Source of the DNA: Blastocladiella emersonii ATCC 22665
Taxonomy: Eukaryota; Fungi; Blastocladiomycota
DNA: 64,000 nucleotides
Assembly (NCBI GenBank): GCA_025594325.1
Contig: JANHCV010000011.1
Coordinates: 62,001 to 126,000 of the forward strand
Direction of reading: 5' to 3'
Position numbers and translations under genes: made by a program. The notes below the pieces were generated by a model. It saw only the letters and a program-made list of their open reading frames with translations. It was not told where the DNA came from and did no database searches. Of the stretch, positions 19,968 through 30,009 are shown one piece after another. The first letter of the stretch is position 1, and each line of letters opens with the position of its first letter.

Positions 19968-22900
19968 CGGAGCAGGCCGCGACGTCCTTGAAACCAAAAC
20001 CTGCTGATTCGGGTGGTGGTACGCAAGTGGTGGCCGCGGTGGCGGTCGCCAAGGAGGAGGAGGTCGGCGCGTTCGGAGCCGACGCTGTTGGTGTTGTGAC
20101 GAAGACTAATGAAAATGCCCTCCTTTCGTACATTGGTGCTGTTGTGCGTCTAGAGTCGTCGCCAGGAGCTCATCTTCATCTCGGCGGCGCGCTGTTGTGT
20201 CTGGGTTCTTTGAGTAAGGCGCCAGCGCTCTCGTTCATGATGCTCAACACGGGCGCCCCTGTCAACCTCATTAGCCGCTCCCTGGCCGAGCGGGTCGGGC
20301 TCGTGACGGAGCGTCTGGCGCGCTGGATCGATTTGCGCGGCGTGGTCGGGGCTGCAGCGGGGCAGCAGTACATCACGCACGCCGTGCGGGTGGTTGTGTC
20401 GGTGACGTCCCCCAAGTTCATGCATGCGGCGCTCGCGGGCACGACGGCCATGTTTGGCAATGGCGTCGTTCCGCCCAAGGGCGGGAAACCGGAGCTGTAC
20501 GTTCCGCCGCACCGCCGAGACGGTGACGCCAACAAAGCGATTGATATCCCGTGTCTCCACTGCTCAGTCGCGCGGTTCCTGGTCGTCGACTCGCCCGCGT
20601 TTCCCGTGATCCTTGGCCTCGAGTGGCTCGTTGCAAATGGAGCGGACCCGCGTCCGCGCGCGCGCGAGGTCGAGATCGACGGCGGCTGTGCGGGTTGCTG
20701 CGGCTGTCCGCCGGGCAAGCGCGTCACGGTGGCCGCGGCGTTGGTACGCGCCGACGTTGACCCGGACGAGTGGGACAAGGCCAACGGGTCGGACGACGGC
20801 GGCGACGCGCCCAAGGTCACGCTACCGCTCAAGTACGCCAAGTGGTCGCGCGTGTTCAACGCCGAGGCCGCGTCCGCGCTGCCGCCGCACCGGCCATACG
20901 ACTGCGAAATTGAGCTCGTCAAGGGCGCCAAGGTGCTGTTCCTGCCCATCTACCCGCTGTCGCAGACCGAGCTCGACGAGCTGCGCAGGACCATCGACGA
21001 GAACCTCGCGCGCGGCTTCATCCGCCCGTCGCGGTCGCCGGCCGGCGCCCCGATCATGTTCGTGCCCAAGAAGGACGGGTTGCGGCGCATGTGCGTCGAC
21101 TACCGCCGCCTCAACAACCTGACGGTCAAGAACCGGTACGCGCTGCCGCTCATCTCGGAGCTCATGAACCAGCTGCAGGGCGCGCGGTTCTTCACCAAGT
21201 TCGACCTGCGCGGCGCGTACAACCTGGTCCGGATCCGCAAGGGCGACAAGTGGAAGATGGCGTTCCGCACGCGCTACGGCCACTACAAGTGGCTGGTGAT
21301 GCCGTTTGGTCTCGCGAACGCGCCCGCCGCGTTCCAGGCGTTCGTCAACAACGTGTTCCGCGACCTGCTTGACCGCGGCGTCGTGGTGTACCTGGACGAC
21401 ATTTTGATCTACAGCGGCGCGACGCAGGAGGAGCACACGGCGCTCGTCAAGGAGGTGCTGCAGCGGCTGCTTGACAACCACCTGTCCGTCAAACTCAAGA
21501 AGTGCGCGTTCGATGTGCAGCGCGTTGAGTACCTTGGGCACGTGGTCAGCACGTCGGGCGTCAAGATGGACCCGGGGAAGGTGCGCGCCGTGATGGAGTG
21601 GCCCGCGCCGCGGACGGTCAAGCAGGTGCCGTCGTTCCTCGGCCTCGCTAACTACTACCGCAACTTCATCCCCGACTTCTCGAAACTGGCGCTGCCGCTC
21701 ACGCGGCTCACGCAGAAGGACATGGCGTGGCGGTGGGGCGAGTCGGAGGCGGTGGCGTTTGAGGCCATCAAGTTGCAGTTCGCCACGGGCGGGGTGCTGG
21801 TGCACGCGGACCCCGACAAGCCGTTTGTGGTTGAGACGGACGCGTCCAACTTCGCCATCGGGTGCGTGCTGGCGCAGCGCGACGACGCGGGCGAGCTGCG
21901 GCCGGTCGCGTTCCACTCGCGCTCGCTCAAGGCGGCGGAGCTCAACTACCCCGTGCTTGATAAGGAGCTGCTTGCCATCAAGGCCGCGTTCAAGGTGTGG
22001 CGGCACCACCTCAAGGGCGCGCGGCACCCGGTCCAGGTGTTCACCGACCACAAGAACCTCGAGCATTTCCGCACCATGAAGGTCAAGTCGCAGCGGCACG
22101 CGCGGTGGGCGCTGTTCTTTGAGCGGTTCAAGTTCCGGTTCACGCACCAGCCTGGCGCCATCAACAAGCGCGCCAACGCGCTCTCGCGCCGCGCCGACTA
22201 CAAGGCGCGCGACAACCCGATGCTCGGCCGCTTGATCGTTCCCGCCACGTCGCTCACGGTCGGCGCCACGCTGGGCACGTCGGCGGGCGACGGCGAGGGG
22301 GAGGAGGACGGCAACTCGACCCGCGTGGCGATTCTGGACGGCATGCGCGACAACGAGTACGCGCAGAAGGTGCGGCGCAACCAGGCCAAGTACCCGCAGC
22401 TCGAGGTCGACCTCGACGGTTTCATCTGGCGCAAGGCCAAGCTGTACGTGCCCGCGGGCGTTGCGCGCACGCACGTGCTCGAGGAGGCGCACTCGACGCG
22501 GGTCGCGGGGCATTTTGGCGTCGCGCGCACCATCAACCTGGTCGGGCGGTCGTACTGGTGGCCCAGGATGCGCCGCGAGGTCGACCTGTTCGTCAAGTCG
22601 TGCCTCACCTGCGCGCGGGCCAAGGTGCCGCGTCATCAACCCAACAGCAAGCTGCAGCCGCTGCCCACGCCGGCGCGGCCGTGGTCGTCGGTCTCCATGG
22701 ACTTCATCACGGACCTGCTGCGCAGCAAGGGTATGACGTGCATCATGGTCGTGGTCGACCGTTTCTCCAAGATGACGCACTTCATCCCGCTCGCCGCAAT
22801 CCCAACGGCCGCCACGACCGCCAAGGCCTTCATCCAGCACGTCGTGCGGCTGCACGGGCTCCCCACCGACATCGTTTCGGACCGCGGGTCGCAGTTCACG

Positions 22901-23959
22901 TCGCGGTTCTGGTCGGCCATGTGCGAGTCGCTCGAGATCAAGGCCAAGCTCTCGACGGCGTACCACCCGCAGACCGACGGGCAGACCAAGCGCATGAACC
23001 AGACCCTCGAGGTGTACCTGCGCATGTTCGTCAACGAGGACCAGACGAACTGGGTCGAGCTGCTGCCATACGCCGAGATGGCCATCAACAACGCGCGCAA
23101 CAAGTTGACGGGCAAGACGCCATTCAAGGTCAACTACGGCTTTGACCCGCAGCTGGTGGCGGCGACGGACCGGTCAGATTGGGTCCCATTGGCCGCGGCG
23201 CTGGCCAAGCGCATCGCCGACATCCAGGGCCAGCTGCTTGAGAAGGTCGAGCGCGCCAAGCAGCTGTACAAGAAGCACGCCGACCAACGCCGCCGCAAGG
23301 GCCCCGACTACAAGGTTGGCGACATGGTGCTGCTGAGCACCAAGAACCTGCGCGTTGACGTGCCCAAGGCCAAGCTCGGGCAGAAGTACACGGAGCCGCT
23401 CAAGATTGTGCGCCTCATCCGCAAGTTGGCCATTGAGCTCGAGCTGCCGCCAACCATGGCGCGCGTCCACCCGGTGTTCCACGTCTCGCTCATCAAGCCA
23501 GTGGTCGCGCACAACGAGGACACGTTCCCGGGCCGCACGCTGCCGCCGCCAGCGCCGTACGTTGTCAACAGGCGCGAGGAGTGGTTGGTTGAGGCGATCA
23601 TTGACGCGCGCAGGTCGGCTTCGGGTCACAGCGTCAAGTACCTGGTCAAGTGGCACGGCTGCCCCAAGACTGACAACACGTGGGAGCCGTACGCGAACCT
23701 CAAGCACCTCGAGATGCTCGCCGAGTTCCACGTCGCGCACCCGTTGGCCCCCGACCCTCGCCGCAGGAGGGGAGGGGGGGGGGATAGTGTCACGTGCGCG
23801 TTTGGCACGTGCGCCGTGACGTCTTGGATTGTTGAGCCGCCGCTCGCTCGCACTCTGTTCTCGCTCCCTGCTGTTCAACCACATACATCCTCGTTCGCTA
23901 GTCATTGTGTATTCGGCCCTCCCCTGGCGCTCCGTTACAACTGGCAAGACGGCAGCTAG
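19886..23959 (+). CDS. pol: Pol (PR-RT-RH-IN-chromodomain), -1 frame relative to gag; open but catalytically damaged
   Basis: MLNTGA (PR D to N), VILGLEWL, CVDYRRLN, YLDDILIYS, ETDAS..IG.VL, HSTRVAGHFG..C..C, SMDFI, SDRGSQF, GQT(K)RMNQ (IN E to K), YLVKWHG..DNTWEP chromodomain. Confidence 0.95.
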   Translation: MLDVRRDGAHCAPLPKEAGVGKWRSGVAEQAATSLKPKPADSGGGTQVVAAVAVAKEEEVGAFGADAVGVVTKTNENALLSYIGAVVRLESSPGAHLHLGGALLCLGSLSKAPALSFMMLNTGAPVNLISRSLAERVGLVTERLARWIDLRGVVGAAAGQQYITHAVRVVVSVTSPKFMHAALAGTTAMFGNGVVPPKGGKPELYVPPHRRDGDANKAIDIPCLHCSVARFLVVDSPAFPVILGLEWLVANGADPRPRAREVEIDGGCAGCCGCPPGKRVTVAAALVRADVDPDEWDKANGSDDGGDAPKVTLPLKYAKWSRVFNAEAASALPPHRPYDCEIELVKGAKVLFLPIYPLSQTELDELRRTIDENLARGFIRPSRSPAGAPIMFVPKKDGLRRMCVDYRRLNNLTVKNRYALPLISELMNQLQGARFFTKFDLRGAYNLVRIRKGDKWKMAFRTRYGHYKWLVMPFGLANAPAAFQAFVNNVFRDLLDRGVVVYLDDILIYSGATQEEHTALVKEVLQRLLDNHLSVKLKKCAFDVQRVEYLGHVVSTSGVKMDPGKVRAVMEWPAPRTVKQVPSFLGLANYYRNFIPDFSKLALPLTRLTQKDMAWRWGESEAVAFEAIKLQFATGGVLVHADPDKPFVVETDASNFAIGCVLAQRDDAGELRPVAFHSRSLKAAELNYPVLDKELLAIKAAFKVWRHHLKGARHPVQVFTDHKNLEHFRTMKVKSQRHARWALFFERFKFRFTHQPGAINKRANALSRRADYKARDNPMLGRLIVPATSLTVGATLGTSAGDGEGEEDGNSTRVAILDGMRDNEYAQKVRRNQAKYPQLEVDLDGFIWRKAKLYVPAGVARTHVLEEAHSTRVAGHFGVARTINLVGRSYWWPRMRREVDLFVKSCLTCARAKVPRHQPNSKLQPLPTPARPWSSVSMDFITDLLRSKGMTCIMVVVDRFSKMTHFIPLAAIPTAATTAKAFIQHVVRLHGLPTDIVSDRGSQFTSRFWSAMCESLEIKAKLSTAYHPQTDGQTKRMNQTLEVYLRMFVNEDQTNWVELLPYAEMAINNARNKLTGKTPFKVNYGFDPQLVAATDRSDWVPLAAALAKRIADIQGQLLEKVERAKQLYKKHADQRRRKGPDYKVGDMVLLSTKNLRVDVPKAKLGQKYTEPLKIVRLIRKLAIELELPPTMARVHPVFHVSLIKPVVAHNEDTFPGRTLPPPAPYVVNRREEWLVEAIIDARRSASGHSVKYLVKWHGCPKTDNTWEPYANLKHLEMLAEFHVAHPLAPDPRRRRGGGGDSVTCAFGTCAVTSWIVEPPLARTLFSLPAVQPHTSSFASHCVFGPPLALRYNWQDGS
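19946..19987 (+). promoter_or_regulatory. Putative -1 programmed frameshift signal
   Basis: G GGA AAT heptamer in gag phase (19946-19952), 7-nt spacer, then hairpin GGGCGT-A-GCGG/CCGC-G-ACGTCC (19960-19987). Confidence 0.75.
23788..23939 (+). repeat. 3' LTR (mirror 40947-41098)
   Basis: 5 differences from the 5' LTR in 152 bp (4 C/T, 1 G/T). Confidence 0.97.
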
Positions 23960-25086
23960 GGTGTGGAACCAGTGCTGGAGGCGCAACACCCTGCAGGCGC
24001 GAGTGCTGTTGCGTGTGGAGCAGCCGTCGTTGCTGAGCCAAAGCGACCTGGAGCCATTGGCCGATGGGAAGGAAGAACCTGCGCATGAGCAACCGCGCGC
24101 ACCGCCCGTCAATACACGCTCTTCGCACCGGCTACTACCTGCATGTGAGTCTAGCCGCTTGCCTCGCACAAGCGCTGCGAGTTCCTTGCGAGGCTGAAGG
24201 TTCGCTCGCGCTTGGGCTTTCAAAGCAGAGGCAGAAGGCCGCGACGATCATGTTCGGCAGCCACTGACACCCGCCTGGCCGCTCCAGCGGGGCGAGATCG
24301 TGGATTTTGTCGCTTCTCTTGCGCGGCGCGGCGCCAACCAACGTGCTCGTCGCGCCGCGCGGTGCACCGCTGGCCTACTGCCCCATGTCCGCCACTGCGG
24401 ACTGGCCGAGACCTTCCCGCTCCCGCTGCCCAAGCTCGAGTTGAAGGAGCAGCGATTTCGCGACGATTCTGATGGCCGTGCAGTGGGTCTTGTCACCAAT
24501 CGCTTTGTGTGGGGCTCCGATGTGGCACACGCCCGTCTCGATCAGCCAAAAGCGTGCTACGGCGCATCTGGTTGCGATTGGCGGTCCACTGGACTCGCCG
24601 TCCCTTGCGCCGCGTTCCGCGCCATGGACGGCGTGCCCGCCGTCACCATCTCAAAGAAGGCGCTCGTTTTCCTCAAAAGAGGCCGCGAAGACGATTGAGA
24701 AGCACATCAACTTGGTGCAGAAGCCGCCCATGTTCACAATTGTGGACGGTGATTGCATCGGATTCGCCGCCTTGGTTGACAACGCGACGTAGCTTGAGCT
24801 CTTTGCCATTGCGCTCGCGCAGATGCTTGGCAACTTTGAGGTCAACCCCCGCAATGCGGTTCCCCGCCCCCACTTTCTGCAGACGAACAATGAGCAGGCC
24901 ATCGCGGCCGCGTTGATCCCTATGAGCGTGGCTGCATTGGGCTCCTTTCACGCCAACTCCGCTGGCCCCTCCACGTCGCTCAATGAGCATTTGCTGCGCA
25001 CGTGTTATCCCTGCAACGCAGTAAGGATTCGCAAGCTTGTCGTCTCGCCGCCATATCCCGTGTCCCGCATCACGACGCTCTGCTGA
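23945..25086 (+). pseudogene. Degenerate gene relic of unknown function, possibly interrupted by the retrotransposon (mirror 39800-40941, -)
   Basis: Codon-biased segments in shifting frames with stops; intron-like GTGAGT..CAG from ~24147. Confidence 0.4.
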
Positions 25087-25230
25087 ACCGACGCGCCTAT
25101 TGTGTGATACTTACTCTCCTTGCTCGATTTGATCGCCTCTCAGATCCCTCCCTGATCCTGCGTTCTCTCGCAAACGACGCATAAACCACAACGCCGCAGC
25201 GCATGTATCACTCATTGACGCGCTGGTGGA

Positions 25231-25417
25231 TTGAGTTGAGTTGAGGTTTGGGTTGAGGTTGAGTTGAGGTTTGGGTTGAGGTTGAGTTGAGGTTTGGGTT
25301 GAGGTTGAGTTGAGGTTGAGGGTGAGTTGAGGGTGAGTTGAGGTTGGGTGAGTTGAGGGTGGGGTGGGGTGGGGTGGGGTGGGGTGGGGTGGGGTGGGGT
25401 GGGGTGGGGTGGGGTGG
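25231..25417. repeat. G-rich compound repeat: 23-mer x3, TTGAG(G) units, (GGGGT)11 (mirror 39469-39655)
   Basis: TTGAGTTGAGGTTTGGGTTGAGG x3 at 25236-25304; (GGGGT)11 at 25361-25415. Confidence 0.95.
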
Positions 25418-26110
25418 GAGGGATGGGGTTGAAAGCCCAGCACGGAGGGGAACAGTTCCTAACGCTACTGGTCGCCAATTTTATTTGTGAGTGTGTTTCA
25501 TGCGGAAACATAGTGCATATAGGAACGGGGGCCGCCGCTATCAAGACGCACGCTCTGCAGTCCAGTATTCCATGGTGTGTGCAACAGGAACAATGCACAA
25601 CAAGATGCCCCGAGTGGACTGGAAATGCACTACCTCAGACACAGTCACTGTTAGTTTCTACTGTCTGCCAATTGCCTGCGGATTGTCTGTGAATGAACTA
25701 TCCAAGAGTTGCCCAACCAGTGCATGTTGCTCCTAATACAACCCACACGCAGGCCACTGTCACTATTGTCGTTTGCAGCCAAAATGCGCCAGGTGGGCCC
25801 ACCCCGCAGCTGATCTCGCTCACATGGGCTTGATTTCCACCTCACCCCGCTGCCGGCGACGCGTCGTGGCCACTCTCCTCCGCCAAAGCCCAAGTGCTCG
25901 CGTGTTCTCTCTCTCCCAGCAGCGTGTCAATAAATCGATTTTAAACCCATGCATCGCATATTTACGACATTCGCCTGAGCGGGCCCCCGCCCCCCGCACC
26001 GCTGAGTGGCTGACTTTGCCAGCTCTCCTAGTTTGTTGCGGCCACCCTCCGCCCTCGGAGCATAACACTGGTTTGGGGGCAGCCGTAATATAACTTGTCG
26101 CTTCCACACA

Positions 26111-27240
26111 GTGTCCTCCGCTGCCTCTGATTGGCGCTACGTTCCTCCCGCGGATTCGCCACTGCCTCGCTTCGCCATTGACCCAAACAGCCAAGACGCG
26201 CGCATCCATGCCTGCTCATGGATCGCTGTTGACAGTGAGGCCGAGTTTGTTACGCAACTGGCGTGCTTTGTGCCGAGGCCGCCCGTGGGCTCAACTTTGC
26301 CCGCGCTTACTCCAAACGGCGCGATCTCACGCTTCCTCCTTGCGTCAGCCTCGGCGCGGCTTACATTCGCGTTTCGCGTCGTGTACCTTGACGACAACAA
26401 GCTCGTTGTACCTTTCGCTCTCGTTTAACAACGCACGCACTCTTGCGTCGCTGAGTTGCGCCAGCGGCGAACAAACCACAGATACCGCTCCCTCAAGCAA
26501 CTACGCGTTAACGCGGCGTATGTTCCGCCCGCTTCCAGGCCTCAACAACGGCGATGGTCGTGATGTTGATCCGCTTGATGGCGAAGAGTTTGGCAAGCCC
26601 GCCTCGGCTTGTTGCTGTTTGGGGGCTGTGTCTGAGCACGCGGGCAAGAACACAATCTTCACCACGCTGGACCAGTTCTTCTTCCTCACCTACAACAAGA
26701 CCGAGATCGCACACGGCCTCAGAAGCATAAAGTAACACGCGGGCCTGTACGGCGTTTGAGGCGCGCTGCCGCTGGCCCAGCGTGGCGACGCGCAGCGGTC
26801 GCGTCGTTGGGCGGCAACTGCTGCGCGTGAGGCCGCTGCGGTCAACAACGCGGACGAGTCTGGCCCAGCGTGACGACGCGCAGCGGTCGCGTCGCAGCCA
26901 AACGACCCGCCTGCGCGAGAGGCTGCGGCCGTCGACAACGCGGACGAGTCAAGCGACAACAAGGGCATCACCTTTGTCCGTGAGCGCGCGGTGACGCCCA
27001 GTGTGGTCTTCGTACGTGAGCGCATTGTCACGCCCAAGCGCGCCGCATTGCCTGACATTCTCTTGGCCGCGAGCGCGGGCCCCCAACCACGATCAACTAC
27101 TCCTGCGCACGTTCCCCTTCACCCAACATTATCTCCATCCATGCGTCAGCGCCCCTGTCATAGGCGGCCCCTGTTGTAGATTGGGACCATTGCCGCGCAG
27201 CTGGCGCCTGCGTGAGCAGAGGGCGACCTTCAATTGAGGT
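26111..27240 (+). pseudogene. Degenerate gene relic with internal tandem duplication (mirror 37646-38775, -)
   Basis: Successive codon-biased ORF fragments broken by stops; 88/90-bp tandem repeat at 26772-26949. Confidence 0.4.
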
Positions 27241-28612
27241 GCTGAGGGAGTGCCAGCAGGGTTGGGTCAAGATATTTACTTTGCATAGAGCTGCGTTTAT
27301 TAATTTTCTGCTGAGCGACGAGGGAGGTGAACATGCGGGCGAGGGAGGGAGGCGAGGTGAGCGGGAAGCGCGCGAGCGGTGGAGCGGTGCTCAGCATTTT
27401 TTTCCAGGCGGGCGGCCGAGCAGAGGAATGAGCGGTGAGTTCGCTGCGAGATCGGCTGCGAGGTTAGCCCCGCGAGCTCGCCGCGTCGCACTTTGGTCGC
27501 AAGCGGCAATAACTGAGCAGATGCTGCCCAAGAACAGGGTGGTGCAGCAATTGCTGCGTGGTGGCCAGCAATTGCTGCTGCAGGCAAGAGAGGCGCGCCA
27601 ATTAGTGCTCATGGTTGGGAAACAGCAAAACACAATGTATTTGGAGAGCGGGTGGACTTAACAACGATTGCAGTACCTAGATCTCCCCCATTGAGGTGAG
27701 CTATGATGTGCCTAAAGTGATGTGTGGTAAGGTTGTGCCAGGTTGGTTTGACACTCAAAGACGTTGTATAACTGCCTCCACAGAGCTACCCAAAAGGCTA
27801 TAAAAAATTTACTCTGAGTACACGCAAAAAATTGGGAGATTGTCCACCCTGGAGATTCAATCGTGAATTTACTGTACCCTATTCTATGCTTTTCCAAGTT
27901 CTGCCCTGGTGGGCCGCATCATCAAACTTGCACTGCTTGATACCATACATTGGAATCTGCGGGCTTTTTAGGCCAGGTTCAGCTTCAGAACACGAATAAC
28001 CATCATTTTCTTTCATGTACTGCAAAATCTGATCCAGAGGGGATGGACGGGAAAGACAAAGACGCTGTGACCATGGTGAAGACCAAAGCCATGGTTGTGA
28101 CCTTGGGCTGAGATGAGAGTTGTGCGGCTTGAATGACTTCAATGTATATACATAGGCAGGGTTGCTGGTCCAACTGCAAGACGTGTCTGACTCCAGCGAG
28201 GTTGGGCAAGTGTCATCCAGTTGGGCCAACGTGACAATTTAATTACTTACCTGATGGGGGGCTTGTCTAACTTGGAGGCTGCCACTACCATTATTGTCCG
28301 CGTCACTCATATGTGGGAGTTTGTGTGCCAAGTGGCCCACATAGTCCCACTGGTTGAGCGTAGTTCTTTTCCAAATCTTGAAATTGACCTTACACCTAAA
28401 TGACACTTTCTCGACCTCGCCATTTACAGTATTATCCGCGTGACCAATTTATGTTCAACAAGGTCTGGCCGCTGTCAAGTACAGAGATGTTGGGCTGTAA
28501 TCCCACGGCGCAAACCACAAGAAATTGACTGCACAAGCTCCGAAGGTCTCTGTGTCTTGGAGAAAACCGTAAAATATGCTATCGTTGGAATCGCTCAAAT
28601 AGGAGTCAAAAA

Positions 28613-28684
28613 AGGGGCCGCCGAGGATTGATCTCGGGACCTGTCGATCTGCAGTCGACCGCTCTACCGCTGAGCTACAACCCC
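28613..28684 (-). tRNA. tRNA-Cys(GCA), T-loop variant (A54)
   Basis: GGGGTTG/CGGCCCC acceptor; anticodon arm GTCGA-CTGCAGA-TCGAC; T-loop ATCAATC; T-run terminator. Confidence 0.9.
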
Positions 28685-30009
28685 AGGTTTTTGTTCTTCA
28701 CACCTTAGGTGCGCCGCAATTCAATTTATTCTTAGAATGACGACTAACCAGCACCAATGCCAAACGCTATCCAATGCAGGGTATTTGCGCTTTCCTGACT
28801 CTTTTTCTGATGTCGCAGTGATAGCACCAGCGGTTCCCAATGGTAGCTGACTAACAGTGACAACATTGCAGTTGAGGCCTAAGTTCTGTCAATTTTTTGT
28901 TATAGGATGTGGGGCGGCAGCATGTGTTGGTCCTGCAGCCACTCAAGGACTGGCAGAACCACACCACGCTTGACTAGTGACAAACATCGTTTTATGATAT
29001 GCAGTATTCACGAAGCAACAGAGACCGCATTGTACGGATTTCTGTAATAGTCATAAAGGACCAACGCCACTCACATGGCCGCGTCAACAGCGCTCCTTTT
29101 TGCTAGGCCGCCTCCACTTTGCGCCAAGGACGCGTCACTCCCGCACATCTATTGTTAATCCTGATGGCTTTTAACTTCATGCAGGAAGGTCAGAGCCCCC
29201 CCCCCCCCATAAAGCAGACATGTGCCTCAGCGTTACAGAGAGCAAACCAGACTGCCCAAGGGAGGAGCGTCCAGGTTGGATCACACACAGTTACTTTGGG
29301 GGCGTGAGGCTCATGCGCATCAAGTGAGGAGCGAGGAGTCCTAATAGCCTACTTTGGACTTTTGGGGCTTGCTGCTGATGGGTACACCAAACAGCAGAGA
29401 TCTTGGAGGAGAGGGGAGGGGGCTAGTCTCCATGTATTTATCTAAAAAAAAAACTATTGCAATGGCGTCTTAGCTGTTGGTACGCCCTATTGTTACGCGT
29501 CAAGCTACGCGTTGAGCAGGGAGCGGGTGGCAACTGCCCACTTGATTTTGCGTGTGATTGCCTGCACTGTTGCTCTGGCCCACCGCGCCCCCGCAGCGCT
29601 GTTCCCCCTGTTGTCATTCTCGCTCCCCTCACCCCACCCTGGTTTGGGACCAAAGGCAGGAATACACGTCCCTGACTAGCTGCATCCTCACCTCATCTAC
29701 TGCTCTGCATCAACACCAGGTCGACTCCCCTTGGGACTTGACACCTATAATGGCTTCCAATCAATACCAGTCAACGCGCACTGGCTCAACAAACACGCCA
29801 AAGCCCCAATAAGCTGCTGCATAGCGCATAGTTCTGCAGCACTTGCCTTATTTGGATTGACGCTTACATATACGCAGCAGTCTGATGCCGTTTGTTTCAA
29901 TTTCTGGTGCACGTGTTACAAAGTAAATGAACGAGGTGGGGTGATGATGACTCTCCTCGAAAACGTGAAAGGAAAGCACGACAATCTTACTGACAGTGAT
30001 AGCAAAAAG

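Larger units (their letters stand above)
18498..23939 (+). mobile_element. Ty3/Gypsy chromovirus LTR retrotransposon, full length, 5442 bp
   Basis: 152-bp LTRs TGT..ACA; 5-bp TSD ACTGG (18493-18497, 23940-23944); G-rich PPT before the 3' LTR; gag-pol with chromodomain. Confidence 0.98.

Noticed and set aside
20822-22966. 714-aa antisense ORF (and mirror 41920-44064)
   Set aside because: Shadow frame opposite the GC3-biased pol; Arg/His/Val-rich with no motifs.
23760-23959. Pol C-terminal extension through the whole 3' LTR
   Set aside because: One extra G in the PPT run would put TAG in frame (gga tag), so this is most likely homopolymer slippage or sequencing error rather than a real domain.
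23174-24223. 349-aa antisense ORF
   Set aside because: Spans pol, the LTR and the flank; a shadow frame.
25231-26949. CRISPR-like arrays
   Set aside because: Repeats are contiguous with no unique spacers; no cas genes; eukaryotic context.
28613-28684. tRNA-Cys as a pseudogene because of A54
   Set aside because: All stems pair, a terminator is present and A54 occurs in functional eukaryotic tRNAs, so it is kept as a tRNA.
25644-28861. 12-bp inverted match GTCACTGTTAGT / ACTAACAGTGAC as possible TIRs
   Set aside because: Does not extend, has no TSD and encloses no transposase.
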